Positions 11,677 through 22,699 of a stretch of DNA of 64,000 nucleotides are shown here, one piece after another; within the stretch, counting starts at the first letter, position 1, and each line of letters begins with the position of its first letter. The notes beneath the pieces were generated by a model. That model worked only from the letters and a program-made list of their open reading frames with translations. It was not told the DNA's origin and made no database searches. The stretch is from positions 64,001-128,000 of the forward strand of contig CAXXWX010000019.1 of the NCBI GenBank assembly GCA_963675745.2, read 5' to 3'. The translations under genes and the position numbers were made by a program. This stretch comes from Phycisphaerae bacterium (GTDB lineage: Bacteria > Planctomycetota > Phycisphaerae > UBA1845 > Fen-1342).

Positions 11677-12669
11677 TCACCAGGCCTCGAGGTCGCCGAC
11701 AATCTCCTCGACCAGATCCTTAATGGTCAGCACGCCCAGGCAGTCGCCGCGGCGGTTGCAGACGATCGCCATTGCCTCGTGGGCCCGTTGCAGCTTGCGC
11801 AGCGCGGCCGGCACCGTATGGCCGGCGTTCAGCCGAACCGCGTCGCGCGCGAGTTCGGCGATCGGACGCTCCGCCTCGTCGGTCAACACGTCGAAAACGT
11901 TTACCACGCCGATGATATGGCGTGGATTCCCGCGATACACGGGAAGGCGCGAGAAGTGGGCCATGCGCGCGATGCGCAGGAAGTCCGCGCGCGGCAGATC
12001 GGCGGAGACCATTGCCACCCGGGGGCGGGGGATCATCACGCGCGCCACCCGGGTGCGCGCCAGGCTCATCACGCGTTCGAAGGTCTCGCGCTGAAACGTG
12101 GAGAGACCGCCGCGCTCCGCCCCCTCGAGCAACAGCTTACGCATGCGTGCCCGCGGCAGCAGGTCGCGCTCAGCCTCGGCCTGGACGGGATCGATGAAAC
12201 GCAGCAATCCGCGCGTCAGGCGCATGAGCGCCGCCAGCAAGCCCGTCAGACGCACCACGCGCATCCACACCGCGAGCGGAATCGAGCAGGCATACATCAT
12301 GCGATTCGCGCGGCGCCGGAATCGTTCTTTCGGCAGAATGTTGCCGAAGACCAGTATCGCCGGCGTCACGATCGCAGTCGTGTAGAGTTCCGCCGTACTG
12401 GTACTGACCGCGGCGCGCAACCAGAGGGCAGTGATCAACGCCGCCGCCAGGTAGTCGGCGATGTTCGTCCCGACCAGTGCGGTGATAACCAGCCATTCAA
12501 AGCGTTCGGTCAGTGGTAACAGACGCCGGGCCGCGTGATTGCCGCGCGAGCTATCCACGCGCAAGCGCACGTTGTTCAGCGCATACACGCCCATTTCGGT
12601 GCCGGAGAAGAACCCGCTCAGCAACACCGCCAGCAGCGCCCCCGCCAACAGCAGCAACGAGACCATCAA
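11677..12669 (-). CDS. CNNM (DUF21) + CBS protein
   Basis: SGFFSGTE, LVGTN, FGNILPK, VMIPR, FSRLPVY, DLVEEIVG. Confidence 0.9.
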   Translation of the reverse strand: MMVSLLLLAGALLAVLLSGFFSGTEMGVYALNNVRLRVDSSRGNHAARRLLPLTERFEWLVITALVGTNIADYLAAALITALWLRAAVSTSTAELYTTAIVTPAILVFGNILPKERFRRRANRMMYACSIPLAVWMRVVRLTGLLAALMRLTRGLLRFIDPVQAEAERDLLPRARMRKLLLEGAERGGLSTFQRETFERVMSLARTRVARVMIPRPRVAMVSADLPRADFLRIARMAHFSRLPVYRGNPRHIIGVVNVFDVLTDEAERPIAELARDAVRLNAGHTVPAALRKLQRAHEAMAIVCNRRGDCLGVLTIKDLVEEIVGDLEAW

Positions 12670-14000
12670 GGCGTGCCCCCCTCTTCATCGCCGTTCTCCG
12701 CGAGCAGGCGCAGGTCCAGCCGCTCTATCCGCCGCTGCGCCAGTTCCGTGACTTCCAGCTCGATGTTCGCAATCTGCACCCGATCACCGACCCGTGCCGG
12801 CCGCCCCAGCCGTGCGGTGACCAGTCCGCCGACGGTCGTGACCCGCTCCGGCAGTGCCGGCAGTTGAAAGGTCTCGGACCAGTAGTGCACGCTGAGTCGC
12901 CCGCTGATGTCATATTCGCGCTCACTGCGGCGCTCGATCTCGGGACGCTGCTTCTCCTCGTGAGGCCCGTAGATCTCGCCGACAATGTTCTCCAGCACAT
13001 CCTCCAACGCTACCAGTCCGGCCACGCCGCCGAACTCGTCGACCGCAATGGCGATTTGTGAATGCGTGTCGCGGAAGTGGTGCAGTACCTGCTCGCACGT
13101 GATCAGCTCCGGCACGAAGCGTACCGGCGTCACCAGGTCGCGCAGCGACTTGTCGCGCTCGAAGAAGAGCACTTTCGCGTATATCAGGCCGATGATCTGA
13201 TCGATCGCCCCGTCATAGACGGGAATCTTCTTCAGCCGAGTACGCCGCATCAGATCGAGCAGTCCGGCCAGGGGGGCGTTTACATCGTGGGCGGCGATCT
13301 CGACACGCGGGACCATGACTTCACGCACGCGAATCTGTCCGAGGTTGATGATCTCCCGCAGCATCTCATCCTCGGCCGCCTCAAGCAGTCCACCGTGCCG
13401 GTTGACCTCCAGGAGAGCCTTCAACTCATCGGGGCGGATACCGTGCGGCGACACGTGGGCCCCGCTCTTGTCGGCGAAAAGAACGCGGTTGATCGGTTCG
13501 ACCAGCAAGAGATCAATCAGACGTCCGATTGGGCCGCAGGGATAGCCGGCCACTTTCACCAACACTGCTGAATAGGGTGCCAGTCGGCCGGCGAGACTTA
13601 CGCCCAGCACCTTGGGTACGACCTCGCCAAAGACCACAACCAGCAGAATGCTGAGCAGACCCACAACCGGGACGATCCAATCGCCGACGCGCGCCGCCAG
13701 ATGGTGGTTGAGCACGAATGACACCGAAAACATCAGAATGTTGACGGCCGTATTGGCGACAAGAATCACCATCAGCGTGTGTTTGGGGTTCGCCATGCAC
13801 GAGGCGGCGAGCCGGCGGAAGCGGTTGGGACTGGTCGCGTCATGATGGATTTGCGTCGGGGAACGGGAGAACAGCACGGCCTCGCTGCCCGAGAACAGGC
13901 CCGACAACACCAGTAGGCCCAGAATCGTCAGACCGCTGAGCGCGCCACCCATCCAGGTTAACTCGCCGGCCGCAAGGAGCATTGAAGGGAAGCTGTTCAT
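12666..14000 (-). CDS. Hemolysin-family CNNM + CBS + CorC_HlyC protein
   Basis: SGLFSGSE, FGEVVPK, VMVPR, VDEFGGVAG, EDVLENIVGEI, C-terminal TTVGG transporter-associated domain. Confidence 0.9.
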   Translation of the reverse strand: MNSFPSMLLAAGELTWMGGALSGLTILGLLVLSGLFSGSEAVLFSRSPTQIHHDATSPNRFRRLAASCMANPKHTLMVILVANTAVNILMFSVSFVLNHHLAARVGDWIVPVVGLLSILLVVVFGEVVPKVLGVSLAGRLAPYSAVLVKVAGYPCGPIGRLIDLLLVEPINRVLFADKSGAHVSPHGIRPDELKALLEVNRHGGLLEAAEDEMLREIINLGQIRVREVMVPRVEIAAHDVNAPLAGLLDLMRRTRLKKIPVYDGAIDQIIGLIYAKVLFFERDKSLRDLVTPVRFVPELITCEQVLHHFRDTHSQIAIAVDEFGGVAGLVALEDVLENIVGEIYGPHEEKQRPEIERRSEREYDISGRLSVHYWSETFQLPALPERVTTVGGLVTARLGRPARVGDRVQIANIELEVTELAQRRIERLDLRLLAENGDEEGGTP

Positions 14001-14228
14001 GTTCGCTCGCGCGGAGGCAACGTCCGCGTGCGCACCGTAGCGGGCAGGCACGCGCGCGACAAGCCTGCCGGGGTCCTCCAACAATCATGCCCGCCGCGCT
14101 CGATACATATCCAGGACATGCGCGACAATCAGGCGGGCGACACTTATAATGGAAGCAGCGCCCGGCGCGCAGCGGGCAATACGCCAGTCGACGCCACGTT
14201 GAGCCTATCGAGGAGGCACCGGGAAGGA

Positions 14229-15728
14229 ATGGCCATGTTTTCCAGCCACCGTCGCCGCGGGCGACTGATCACGCTGGCGGTTTTCGCCCTGCTGGTGGCA
14301 GGTGTGGCGGGCCAGGAGCGTCTCAACATCTGGGGCACGCCGCCCCGCGAGGAGGCCCATCGCACCAAGGCCGCCGAGGGTTTCCCTCCGCTGCCACTGC
14401 CGGTTGTGCCGCAACGGCGTACCGAGAAGAAGCGCCCGCCGGCGCCGCCCAAGCTGGTGGCCAACGTTGGTGGATTCGGCCATGCCGGTTGGAAAGGCTC
14501 GCCCGGCGCCGTCGACCAGCTTCTGAAGAATGCGCGACGTCGTCTGAATGTCTGGTACGGCTGGGAGCAGCTCGGCTTGGGCGAGATCGTCCGCAAACAC
14601 GCCGCCGGTGTCGATCACCACACGCCGGTGTTGTACTTCTGCGCGTACTATCCTCTGGACCTGAGCGATGACGCGCGCGACGCCTTGCGCAGCTACGCGC
14701 TGGGCGGCGGCACGCTGGTCATCAACTGCTGCGGGCAGCGGTCGGCATTCGAGTCCGCCGCGGCTGAGCTGGGCAAGATGTTCCCGCAATACCCGCTGCG
14801 TCCCCTGCCGCCCGACCATCCGCTGTATCACGCGTACTACGCGATTGAGCAGGTGCGCTATCCACTGCCATCCGATAACCCGCTGGACACCGGTGCCGCC
14901 GGGACCGGTCCGCCCCGCCTGCGCGCCATCACGCTCGGCACGCGTGCGGCGGTAATCGTCAGCCTGGAGGATCTCGCCTGCGGCTGGAACGAGTGGAACA
15001 ATCCACGCGTCGCGCGCGTCAGCGCCGCCGACTCCACGCAACTCGGGCTGAATCTGATCACGTATGTTACGGCCGAGCAGCGTTATGCCCGTTTTCTTGC
15101 GGAGACGCGTGAGATCGCCGGTCCCAGCGTGCGCCCGCGCCAGCAGCTTACGCTGGTGCAGTTGATCCACGACGGGAATTGGAATCCGAACCCGTCAGCC
15201 GTGCCGTTCTTCCTGGCCGAGCTGGCGTCGAACACGTCAATCGCGGTCAACTTCAAGCGCCAGACGATGGAGATCAAGGACCCCAGCCTGTTCAGCCAGC
15301 CACTGCTCTACATGACCGGTTCGTGGGCGCCGAATCTGTCCAGCGAGGAGATCGCCCTGCTGCGGCGCTTTCTGACCAACGGCGGCGTGTTGATCGCCGA
15401 CAGCGCGGCGGGCCGCGCTGAGTTTGACCGCGGCTTTCGGGAGATGTGCGCCGCGCTGTTGCCGGATCATCCGCTCCGCAGATTACCCGCTGATCACGCT
15501 GTTTTCACGAGTTTCTATTCGATCACGCAACTGCGCGCAAACCACAAGCCGGACCCGATCGAGCCGGAGTTGGAAGGTGTGTTCGTTGGTGGTCGGCCAT
15601 TGATTATCTACAGTCCGCTGGGCCTGAGCGACGGCTGGGCCCGGCAATTCAGCGCCTATGCGCGGGCCTACGCCGCGCCGGATGCGGTTAAACTGGGCAC
15701 GAATCTGGTCGTGTACGCCATGCAGTGA
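14229..15728 (+). CDS. Secreted protein with two DUF4159 domains
   Basis: Signal peptide; two related units (LRSYALGGGTLV...PPDHPLY...DLACGW and LRRFLTNGGVLI...PADHAVF...GLSDGW). Confidence 0.75.
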   Translation: MAMFSSHRRRGRLITLAVFALLVAGVAGQERLNIWGTPPREEAHRTKAAEGFPPLPLPVVPQRRTEKKRPPAPPKLVANVGGFGHAGWKGSPGAVDQLLKNARRRLNVWYGWEQLGLGEIVRKHAAGVDHHTPVLYFCAYYPLDLSDDARDALRSYALGGGTLVINCCGQRSAFESAAAELGKMFPQYPLRPLPPDHPLYHAYYAIEQVRYPLPSDNPLDTGAAGTGPPRLRAITLGTRAAVIVSLEDLACGWNEWNNPRVARVSAADSTQLGLNLITYVTAEQRYARFLAETREIAGPSVRPRQQLTLVQLIHDGNWNPNPSAVPFFLAELASNTSIAVNFKRQTMEIKDPSLFSQPLLYMTGSWAPNLSSEEIALLRRFLTNGGVLIADSAAGRAEFDRGFREMCAALLPDHPLRRLPADHAVFTSFYSITQLRANHKPDPIEPELEGVFVGGRPLIIYSPLGLSDGWARQFSAYARAYAAPDAVKLGTNLVVYAMQ

Positions 15729-15764
15729 TCGACGAACAAGAAGCGGTGGCGCGGCCCGTCATCA

Positions 15765-15789
15765 TGACCGGTTGGAAACCGGTCCCACA
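15765..15789. repeat. REP-like palindrome, family A (intergenic copy)
   Basis: tgACCGGTT-gg-AAACCGGTcccaca; same sequence at 56889 and 56919, variants at 52941 and 25966. Confidence 0.75.
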
Positions 15790-15839
15790 ACGGCTGACGC
15801 CTGCGTCGGCCGCAGACCGCCAACAGCACCCGGAGCACC

Positions 15840-16867
<1,028 letters not shown>

Positions 16868-16871
<4 letters not shown>

Positions 16872-18001
16872 CCTCTGAGCTGGGAACCATGCCGCGCTCA
16901 CACGCCAACCCGTTGCTTGACCCCCAGACGCTCGAACGTGTACGCGGGCTCGCCCTCGTGGCTCGTCGAGTTGTCGAGGGTGCGCTGCACGGATTACACC
17001 GCTCGCCGCTGCACGGCTTGTCGATCGAGTTCGCACAGCACCGTGAGTATTCACCTGGCGATGAGCTCAAACACCTCGACTGGCGCGTCATTGCCCGCAG
17101 TGACCGTTACGTCATCAAGCAGTACCAGCAGGAGACCAATCTGCGCGCCGTGCTCTTTGTCGATTGCTCCAAGTCCATGGCCTACGGTGCCCACAAGCTC
17201 CCAGGCACAAGCGTCACAGCCGCGCCCCGTGGTGGTCGGGAACCGCCGGACCTCGCGGCATCGCCTGATCAGCTCGCCGGTCAGTCTGACCAGCTCGGAG
17301 CTGGTCCCGGCGACTTGGCGATCGACGTATCGGCGGCCAGTGATATTGAACGCGATGCCGGCTCATCCGAGCGCGTGGTGCCGGCTGATCCTCACGAGAA
17401 GCTGCATTACGCGAAGACGCTTGCCGCCGCCCTGACGCACCTGCTGCTTGGCCAGGGAGATTCGGTCGGGCTGGTGCTGACCAGCTACAAGACCGTCGCG
17501 CACGTGCCGCCGCGCGCCACCCCCGGACATCTGATGACCATCTGCCACACGCTCGAGCGCGCCCGGGCCCGGGGCTTTACCGATCTGTCGGGCGTCATGC
17601 GGCAGTTTGCCACTCGTCTCAAGCGCCGCAGCCTGGTCATCGTGATCAGCGACCTGCTCGACGACCCCGACCAGGTGCTCAGTGCCCTCGGCCAGCTCCA
17701 CCACCGCGGTCACGAGGTAATAGTCTTTCAGACGCTCGATCCGCGCGAGCTCACCTTTGACCTGGGCCTGGCGGCCGTTGGTGTGACAATCATCCGCGAT
17801 CTCGAGACCGGCGCCGAATTCGAAGCCGAGCCACAGCTCATCCACGACCTGGTCAGAAAGGAGATCAACACCTTCTTTGATCACCTCGACAACGGCGCTC
17901 GCCGCCACGGCGTACACCTGATCCGTTGCCAGACAACCGACCCCGCCGAACGCGTCCTTACCGACTACCTGCACTCGAGATTGAAACGGGGCCGACTATG
18001 A
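16868..18001 (+). CDS. DUF58 (VWA-like) protein
   Basis: GLHRS, EFAQHREYSPGD, DWR, DCSKSM, VISD; carries a low-complexity insert; start may be ATG 16889. Confidence 0.9.
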
Positions 18002-18041
18002 TCGTGGCTCGATCCTGTCAGACTCGCGGGTTCACCTGTGC

Positions 18042-18062
18042 GCCACGGCTCTATGAGCCGTG
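18042..18062. repeat. REP-like hairpin, family B, copy 2
   Basis: gcCACGGCTC-tat-GAGCCGTG in the DUF58-BatA gap. Confidence 0.6.
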
Positions 18063-18095
18063 CTTCGCGCCGCGTGCTTGCACCACCGATGCCCA

Positions 18096-20381
18096 ATGAC
18101 CCTGCTATCCCCCCTGGCTCTGCTTTTTGCTCTGACGGCCGCCGTGCCGTTGATTCTGCATTTGTACCAGCGCCGGCACCGCAGCGTGATTGTTTTCTCG
18201 ACCAACCGTTTCTTCACCGCCTCCGTAATTCGCTCGCAACGCCGGCTACAGCTTCAGCGACTGCTGCTGCTCGTGCTGCGCATGGCGGCCTGCGGGTTTT
18301 TGGCCCTGGCGCTGGCGCGCCCCGTGCTGACCTGGTCCGGCATCATCGGCGGCGAACCAGGCACACGCGACCTGGTGATCCTGCTTGATGACAGTCTCTC
18401 CATGCAGGCCGTGGACGCGGTGGCGGGCGTTGGTGTTCCATCAACCGGACGGCAGGGGCTCGTGGATAGAGAACGCCGCTCCGTTTCCACGCGCCGCCAG
18501 CAAACGCGATTTGACCGCGCGCGCGACCTCGCCCTTCAGACGCTGGATGAACTTGCCGCTCACGATCGGGCCGCGATCATCACTTTCACCGGGCGGGCGC
18601 TGGGTCACGAGTCGCGCGCCGGACTCACGCCGACCGACAACCTGCTGATGTTGACCGACGAATTGGAGCAAATGCGCCCGACCTTCGCGGCCGGCGACGC
18701 TTTCTCGGCCCTGCAAACAGCGGCCCGCGTGCTGGAGCACAGCGAACGGCGCACGCGTTTGATGGTCGTCCTCAGTGATTTCCAGGATTCGGATTGGCGG
18801 CGCGGCGGTTGGCCACAACCCTTGCACCCGGTGGCGACCGCGTACATCGACGTGGGCCCGCCGGCGTTCGCCAACGTGTCCGCCGATCAACTCCTGCTGA
18901 GCCAGGCCAGTGCCATCGTCGAACAACCCAACCTGCTTCGGTTGCGACTGATCAACCACGACCGGCAGACGCGCTCCGTCGAGCTGGCCTTGCGCGTCGA
19001 CGGCGTCGAGCAGTTGCGCCGGACGGTCGAGCTCGTCGCCCAGAGCCCGCGAATCGAACACCTGCCTGTTACCTTCGACACTCCCGGCCTGCACCGCCTG
19101 ACACTCGACATCCTCCACCGCGACGCATTGGCCGCCGACAACACGCTGCACGCCACCGTCTGCGTCAACGATCGCCTGCCCGTGTTGATCATCAGCGGTG
19201 ATTCGGACCGTCCGCGCGATCGCTCGGGGGCGTTTTATCTACGCGCCGCGGCGCGCGCAGTCAGCCCCGATGGCGAGAGCATCCAGACCGACCTCATTCG
19301 GCCCGACGCCCTGCCCGGCACAACCCTCGACAACAGCCGCGTCATCGTCCTCAGCAATGTCGCCAGCCTGCCGCTGCCCCAGCTCGAACGCCTCGAACGC
19401 TTCGTGATGGCCGGCGGCGGACTCGCCATCTTCCTCGGCAACAGCGCCGACACCGATTTCTACAACAACATCATGGGGGCCGAAACGCGGCCGCTCGGTG
19501 GGCTGATGCCCGGCCAGATTCGCGCGCTCGTCGGCGGCCGGGAAGGTGAGCTGCCGCTCAACGTGGTCGAGGCCGACCTGGACCACCCGATTCTGCAACG
19601 CTTCGAAGGCGCGCTGCGCGGCGCACTGGCCGCCGTCAATATCTACCGTGCCCACGTCGTCCAACCGCGCGCCGCATGGGTGCTGGCGCGACTTAACGAT
19701 CAGGCGCCGCTTATCCTCCAGCGAAACTACGGCGAAGGCCGCGTAGTGCTGTTCACCTGCCCGCCGCAACCCACCTGGACCGATCTACCGCTCAAGGGCA
19801 CGTTTATCCCGCTGGTCAGTCGCACTCTCAGCTACCTCGCCGGCGGTGTCGAATCGCAGCGTGGGGTTGAGGTCGGCCGTGAGCTGACGATAGGCCATGG
19901 GTCTTCCGCCACCGAGACACCAATCTATGTCACAAAGCCCGACGGTGTGCGCGTAACCGCGCGTATTGCGGTGGAACGCCAGCCCTCGGTGTCGGGGCCG
20001 CGCGTCTATCTACCGGCCGCGATGGTCGACCGACCCGGAATCTATGAGATCGACCGACCGCCGGCTTCCGACCCGCGCGCGATGATGTTGCGCGCGGTAA
20101 ACGCGCCGCGATGCGAGTCAAGTTCGACGCCGGTTGAGCGCACGGCTCATGCTGGTGCCGCCGGCGATTGGAATGTCACCGATGTGGCCCCGAGTGGGGA
20201 GGGTTCGCCGCAGCGTTCGATCATCGCCCCGCTGTCAGCCAGTGCCGCCGCCGGACGCGGCATATGGGATATGCTGCTCTGGGTAGCGCTGGCCATTGTG
20301 CTGCTCGAACCGCTCATCGCCAATCGCCGCACCCTCAAGCGCGTCGCACCGACGCGCGCGGTCAAGCGGAGGGCGGCGTGA
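18096..20381 (+). CDS. BatA-domain / VWA membrane protein
   Basis: N-terminal VPLILHL...F....F...LLLVLR..ALARP (BatA), DDSLSM MIDAS, LSDFQ, GATase-like GGGL region, C-terminal TM. Confidence 0.85.
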   Translation: MTLLSPLALLFALTAAVPLILHLYQRRHRSVIVFSTNRFFTASVIRSQRRLQLQRLLLLVLRMAACGFLALALARPVLTWSGIIGGEPGTRDLVILLDDSLSMQAVDAVAGVGVPSTGRQGLVDRERRSVSTRRQQTRFDRARDLALQTLDELAAHDRAAIITFTGRALGHESRAGLTPTDNLLMLTDELEQMRPTFAAGDAFSALQTAARVLEHSERRTRLMVVLSDFQDSDWRRGGWPQPLHPVATAYIDVGPPAFANVSADQLLLSQASAIVEQPNLLRLRLINHDRQTRSVELALRVDGVEQLRRTVELVAQSPRIEHLPVTFDTPGLHRLTLDILHRDALAADNTLHATVCVNDRLPVLIISGDSDRPRDRSGAFYLRAAARAVSPDGESIQTDLIRPDALPGTTLDNSRVIVLSNVASLPLPQLERLERFVMAGGGLAIFLGNSADTDFYNNIMGAETRPLGGLMPGQIRALVGGREGELPLNVVEADLDHPILQRFEGALRGALAAVNIYRAHVVQPRAAWVLARLNDQAPLILQRNYGEGRVVLFTCPPQPTWTDLPLKGTFIPLVSRTLSYLAGGVESQRGVEVGRELTIGHGSSATETPIYVTKPDGVRVTARIAVERQPSVSGPRVYLPAAMVDRPGIYEIDRPPASDPRAMMLRAVNAPRCESSSTPVERTAHAGAAGDWNVTDVAPSGEGSPQRSIIAPLSASAAAGRGIWDMLLWVALAIVLLEPLIANRRTLKRVAPTRAVKRRAA

Positions 20382-22699
20382 TGACAGCGACCGGTAACAC
20401 GCTTGCGGACCTGGTGCTTCGCTGGCCGGAGATCGGCGTCGTCGGCAGCCTGGCCATCGCGCTCGGCTTCGCGGTCGTCGTGTTTGCCTACACGACCGGA
20501 CTGAGGGCGCAACAACACGCGCCGCAAGCGCGCTTCGGGTTGCTGACGCTGCGCCTCATGGCCGGCGCATGCGCTGCGCTGGCGCTGGCCCACCCGGCGT
20601 GCATTCAGGAAACCGCCACCTTCGAAAAGCCGCATCTTGCCGTTGTTCTCGATGACAGCATTTCCATGTCCACGCCATCGCCAGATTCCTCAGGCGACCA
20701 TGAGAGCACGCGTTATACCCGGGCTACGACGATTCTGCGCGAGAAACTGTCGCCCCATCTGGCCGAGACTCATCAAGTCGCTGTCTTTGACGTCCAGGCC
20801 CGCGCGCTCGAACCCGACGCACTCCCCGCAGCACCGACGGCCGAACGCAGCCCGCTCTCCGATACGCTGACCCGCATCCAGCGCACATTCACCGGCCGCG
20901 CCCTGGCCGGCATAGTGATGCTCTCCGATGGCGCTGAAATCACCGACCAACCCGACGCCAATCGGCTCGACGACCTGCGCGTGCCCGTTCATGCGATCGA
21001 GCTTGTCGATCCCGCGGCTCGTGCAACCGGGCCGCCGGACCTGGCCATCGAAGCGATCAGCGCCAGCCAGCGGACGATTGTCGGCAACACGGTTCGCGCG
21101 ACCGTCGATCTGACGGCGACAGGCGATGTTGGCGATGCCGGCGTCCCGTTGACCATACTCACGGGCGATCGCACTGTCGCGAGCACGACGGTTCGTTGGC
21201 GCCCGGGCGCCGTCACCGCGCGCGCCGAACTGGAGTTTGTCCCACGGCGACCGGGTCAATACAGCTACACGGTTGAACTGGGCGGCCTGCCCGACGAGGT
21301 GGATCTGGCGAACAACCGCGACGTCTTTCCGCTCACGGTTCGCGCTCGGGCGCTGACCGTCTTCTACCTTGATGGCGTGCTCCGCTGGGAAGGCAAGTTC
21401 GTTCGTCAGGCGCTCAACGCCGACCCCGACCTGAACGTGGTCTCGACTGTCCGGACTGTCCCTCCCGGCACAGACCGTGGCTCGCAAGGCATCATCACCG
21501 CGCACCAGCTCGCCGACGTTGATGTCGTGATCCTTGGCGACATCGAGGCCGACTTCTTTTCAACCGACGAGCTCGACGCGTTGACGTCCTGGGTCACAGA
21601 TGGCGGCGGGGCGCTGGTCGTCACCGGCGGGTATCGCAGTTTCGGTCCCGCCGGGTTCGGCCGCTCGCCGCTGCGCCACATTCTGCCGGTCGAATTCAGC
21701 GCCGATCCCAACCCTCAGATCGAGCGGCCTTTCAGCCTGAAGCTGACGGAAGCCGGCCGCCAGCACTCCATTTTCAGCCTGACCCGCGACCGCGTTCGCG
21801 ACGCCGCCTTCTATCACGCGTTACCGCCACTCGACGGCTGTTCCCGGATTGCCGCGGTCAAGCCCGGCGCACAGGTTCTCGCGATCAACCCCACCGTGAC
21901 CGGCCCCGACGGAAGTCAAGGCTACCCGGTAATGGTCACCCAGCGCGTCGGTGCCGGGCAGACGCTGGTTTTCAGCGTGGACACAACCTGGCGCTGGCGC
22001 ACAATCGTCGGCGGCTTTACCGGCGAGGCCGCTTTCTACACAACTTTCTGGGGCCAACTGGTCCGCGCACTTGTCGGGGGTGATGAAGACACCACCAACC
22101 CCCTGCTCGTCTCCACCGACGCCACGCGTTACAAGCCGGGACAAACCATCGAACTGGCCATCCAGATGGCAACCGGCGCGGACGAACCGGTCGAGGAGCG
22201 CGGTACGGCTTCAGAGGTGCCGCCGATGAGCGCGGGGGTCTACAACCTCAGCGCGCGTGCGTTCACCGAGTCCGGGCGCCACCTGAAGATCCCGCTTACC
22301 GACCTGGGTAACGGTCGCCAGCGCGGATCGCTCTCGGCCCGTGCCGCCGGCCGCCTCGATATAAGTGTGATCGCCGAGCCGCCGGCGGTGGCTGAGGATG
22401 CCCTTCAAACAGGCGACGTCTACACGCGTACAATCACGGTCTTCGTTGATCACGCCGATCCGGAACGACGCAACCCCCGTCCCGATCCGCAGTGGCTGGC
22501 CCGCGTCGCGCAACTCACCGGCGGCCACGTCGTCACGCCTGACCAACTCGATGCCTGGATCACCGGGCTGCCGGCGGAACGTGTTGCCGTCGTGCAGACC
22601 GCTACCACCGGCTGGCGTGGCGACCATCTGCTTGGCGGCTTGTGCCTGCTGCTGCTCTGCACCGAGTGGGTCCTCCGGCGTTGGAGTCAACTGGTATGA
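20381..22699 (+). CDS. Membrane protein with VWA, Ig-like and glutamine-amidotransferase-like domains
   Basis: Two N-terminal TMs, DDSISM, LSDG, DLANN, RWEGKF, GGALVVTGG..SFG, TWRWR, FWGQLVR, C-terminal EWVLRR. Confidence 0.8.
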   Translation: MTATGNTLADLVLRWPEIGVVGSLAIALGFAVVVFAYTTGLRAQQHAPQARFGLLTLRLMAGACAALALAHPACIQETATFEKPHLAVVLDDSISMSTPSPDSSGDHESTRYTRATTILREKLSPHLAETHQVAVFDVQARALEPDALPAAPTAERSPLSDTLTRIQRTFTGRALAGIVMLSDGAEITDQPDANRLDDLRVPVHAIELVDPAARATGPPDLAIEAISASQRTIVGNTVRATVDLTATGDVGDAGVPLTILTGDRTVASTTVRWRPGAVTARAELEFVPRRPGQYSYTVELGGLPDEVDLANNRDVFPLTVRARALTVFYLDGVLRWEGKFVRQALNADPDLNVVSTVRTVPPGTDRGSQGIITAHQLADVDVVILGDIEADFFSTDELDALTSWVTDGGGALVVTGGYRSFGPAGFGRSPLRHILPVEFSADPNPQIERPFSLKLTEAGRQHSIFSLTRDRVRDAAFYHALPPLDGCSRIAAVKPGAQVLAINPTVTGPDGSQGYPVMVTQRVGAGQTLVFSVDTTWRWRTIVGGFTGEAAFYTTFWGQLVRALVGGDEDTTNPLLVSTDATRYKPGQTIELAIQMATGADEPVEERGTASEVPPMSAGVYNLSARAFTESGRHLKIPLTDLGNGRQRGSLSARAAGRLDISVIAEPPAVAEDALQTGDVYTRTITVFVDHADPERRNPRPDPQWLARVAQLTGGHVVTPDQLDAWITGLPAERVAVVQTATTGWRGDHLLGGLCLLLLCTEWVLRRWSQLV

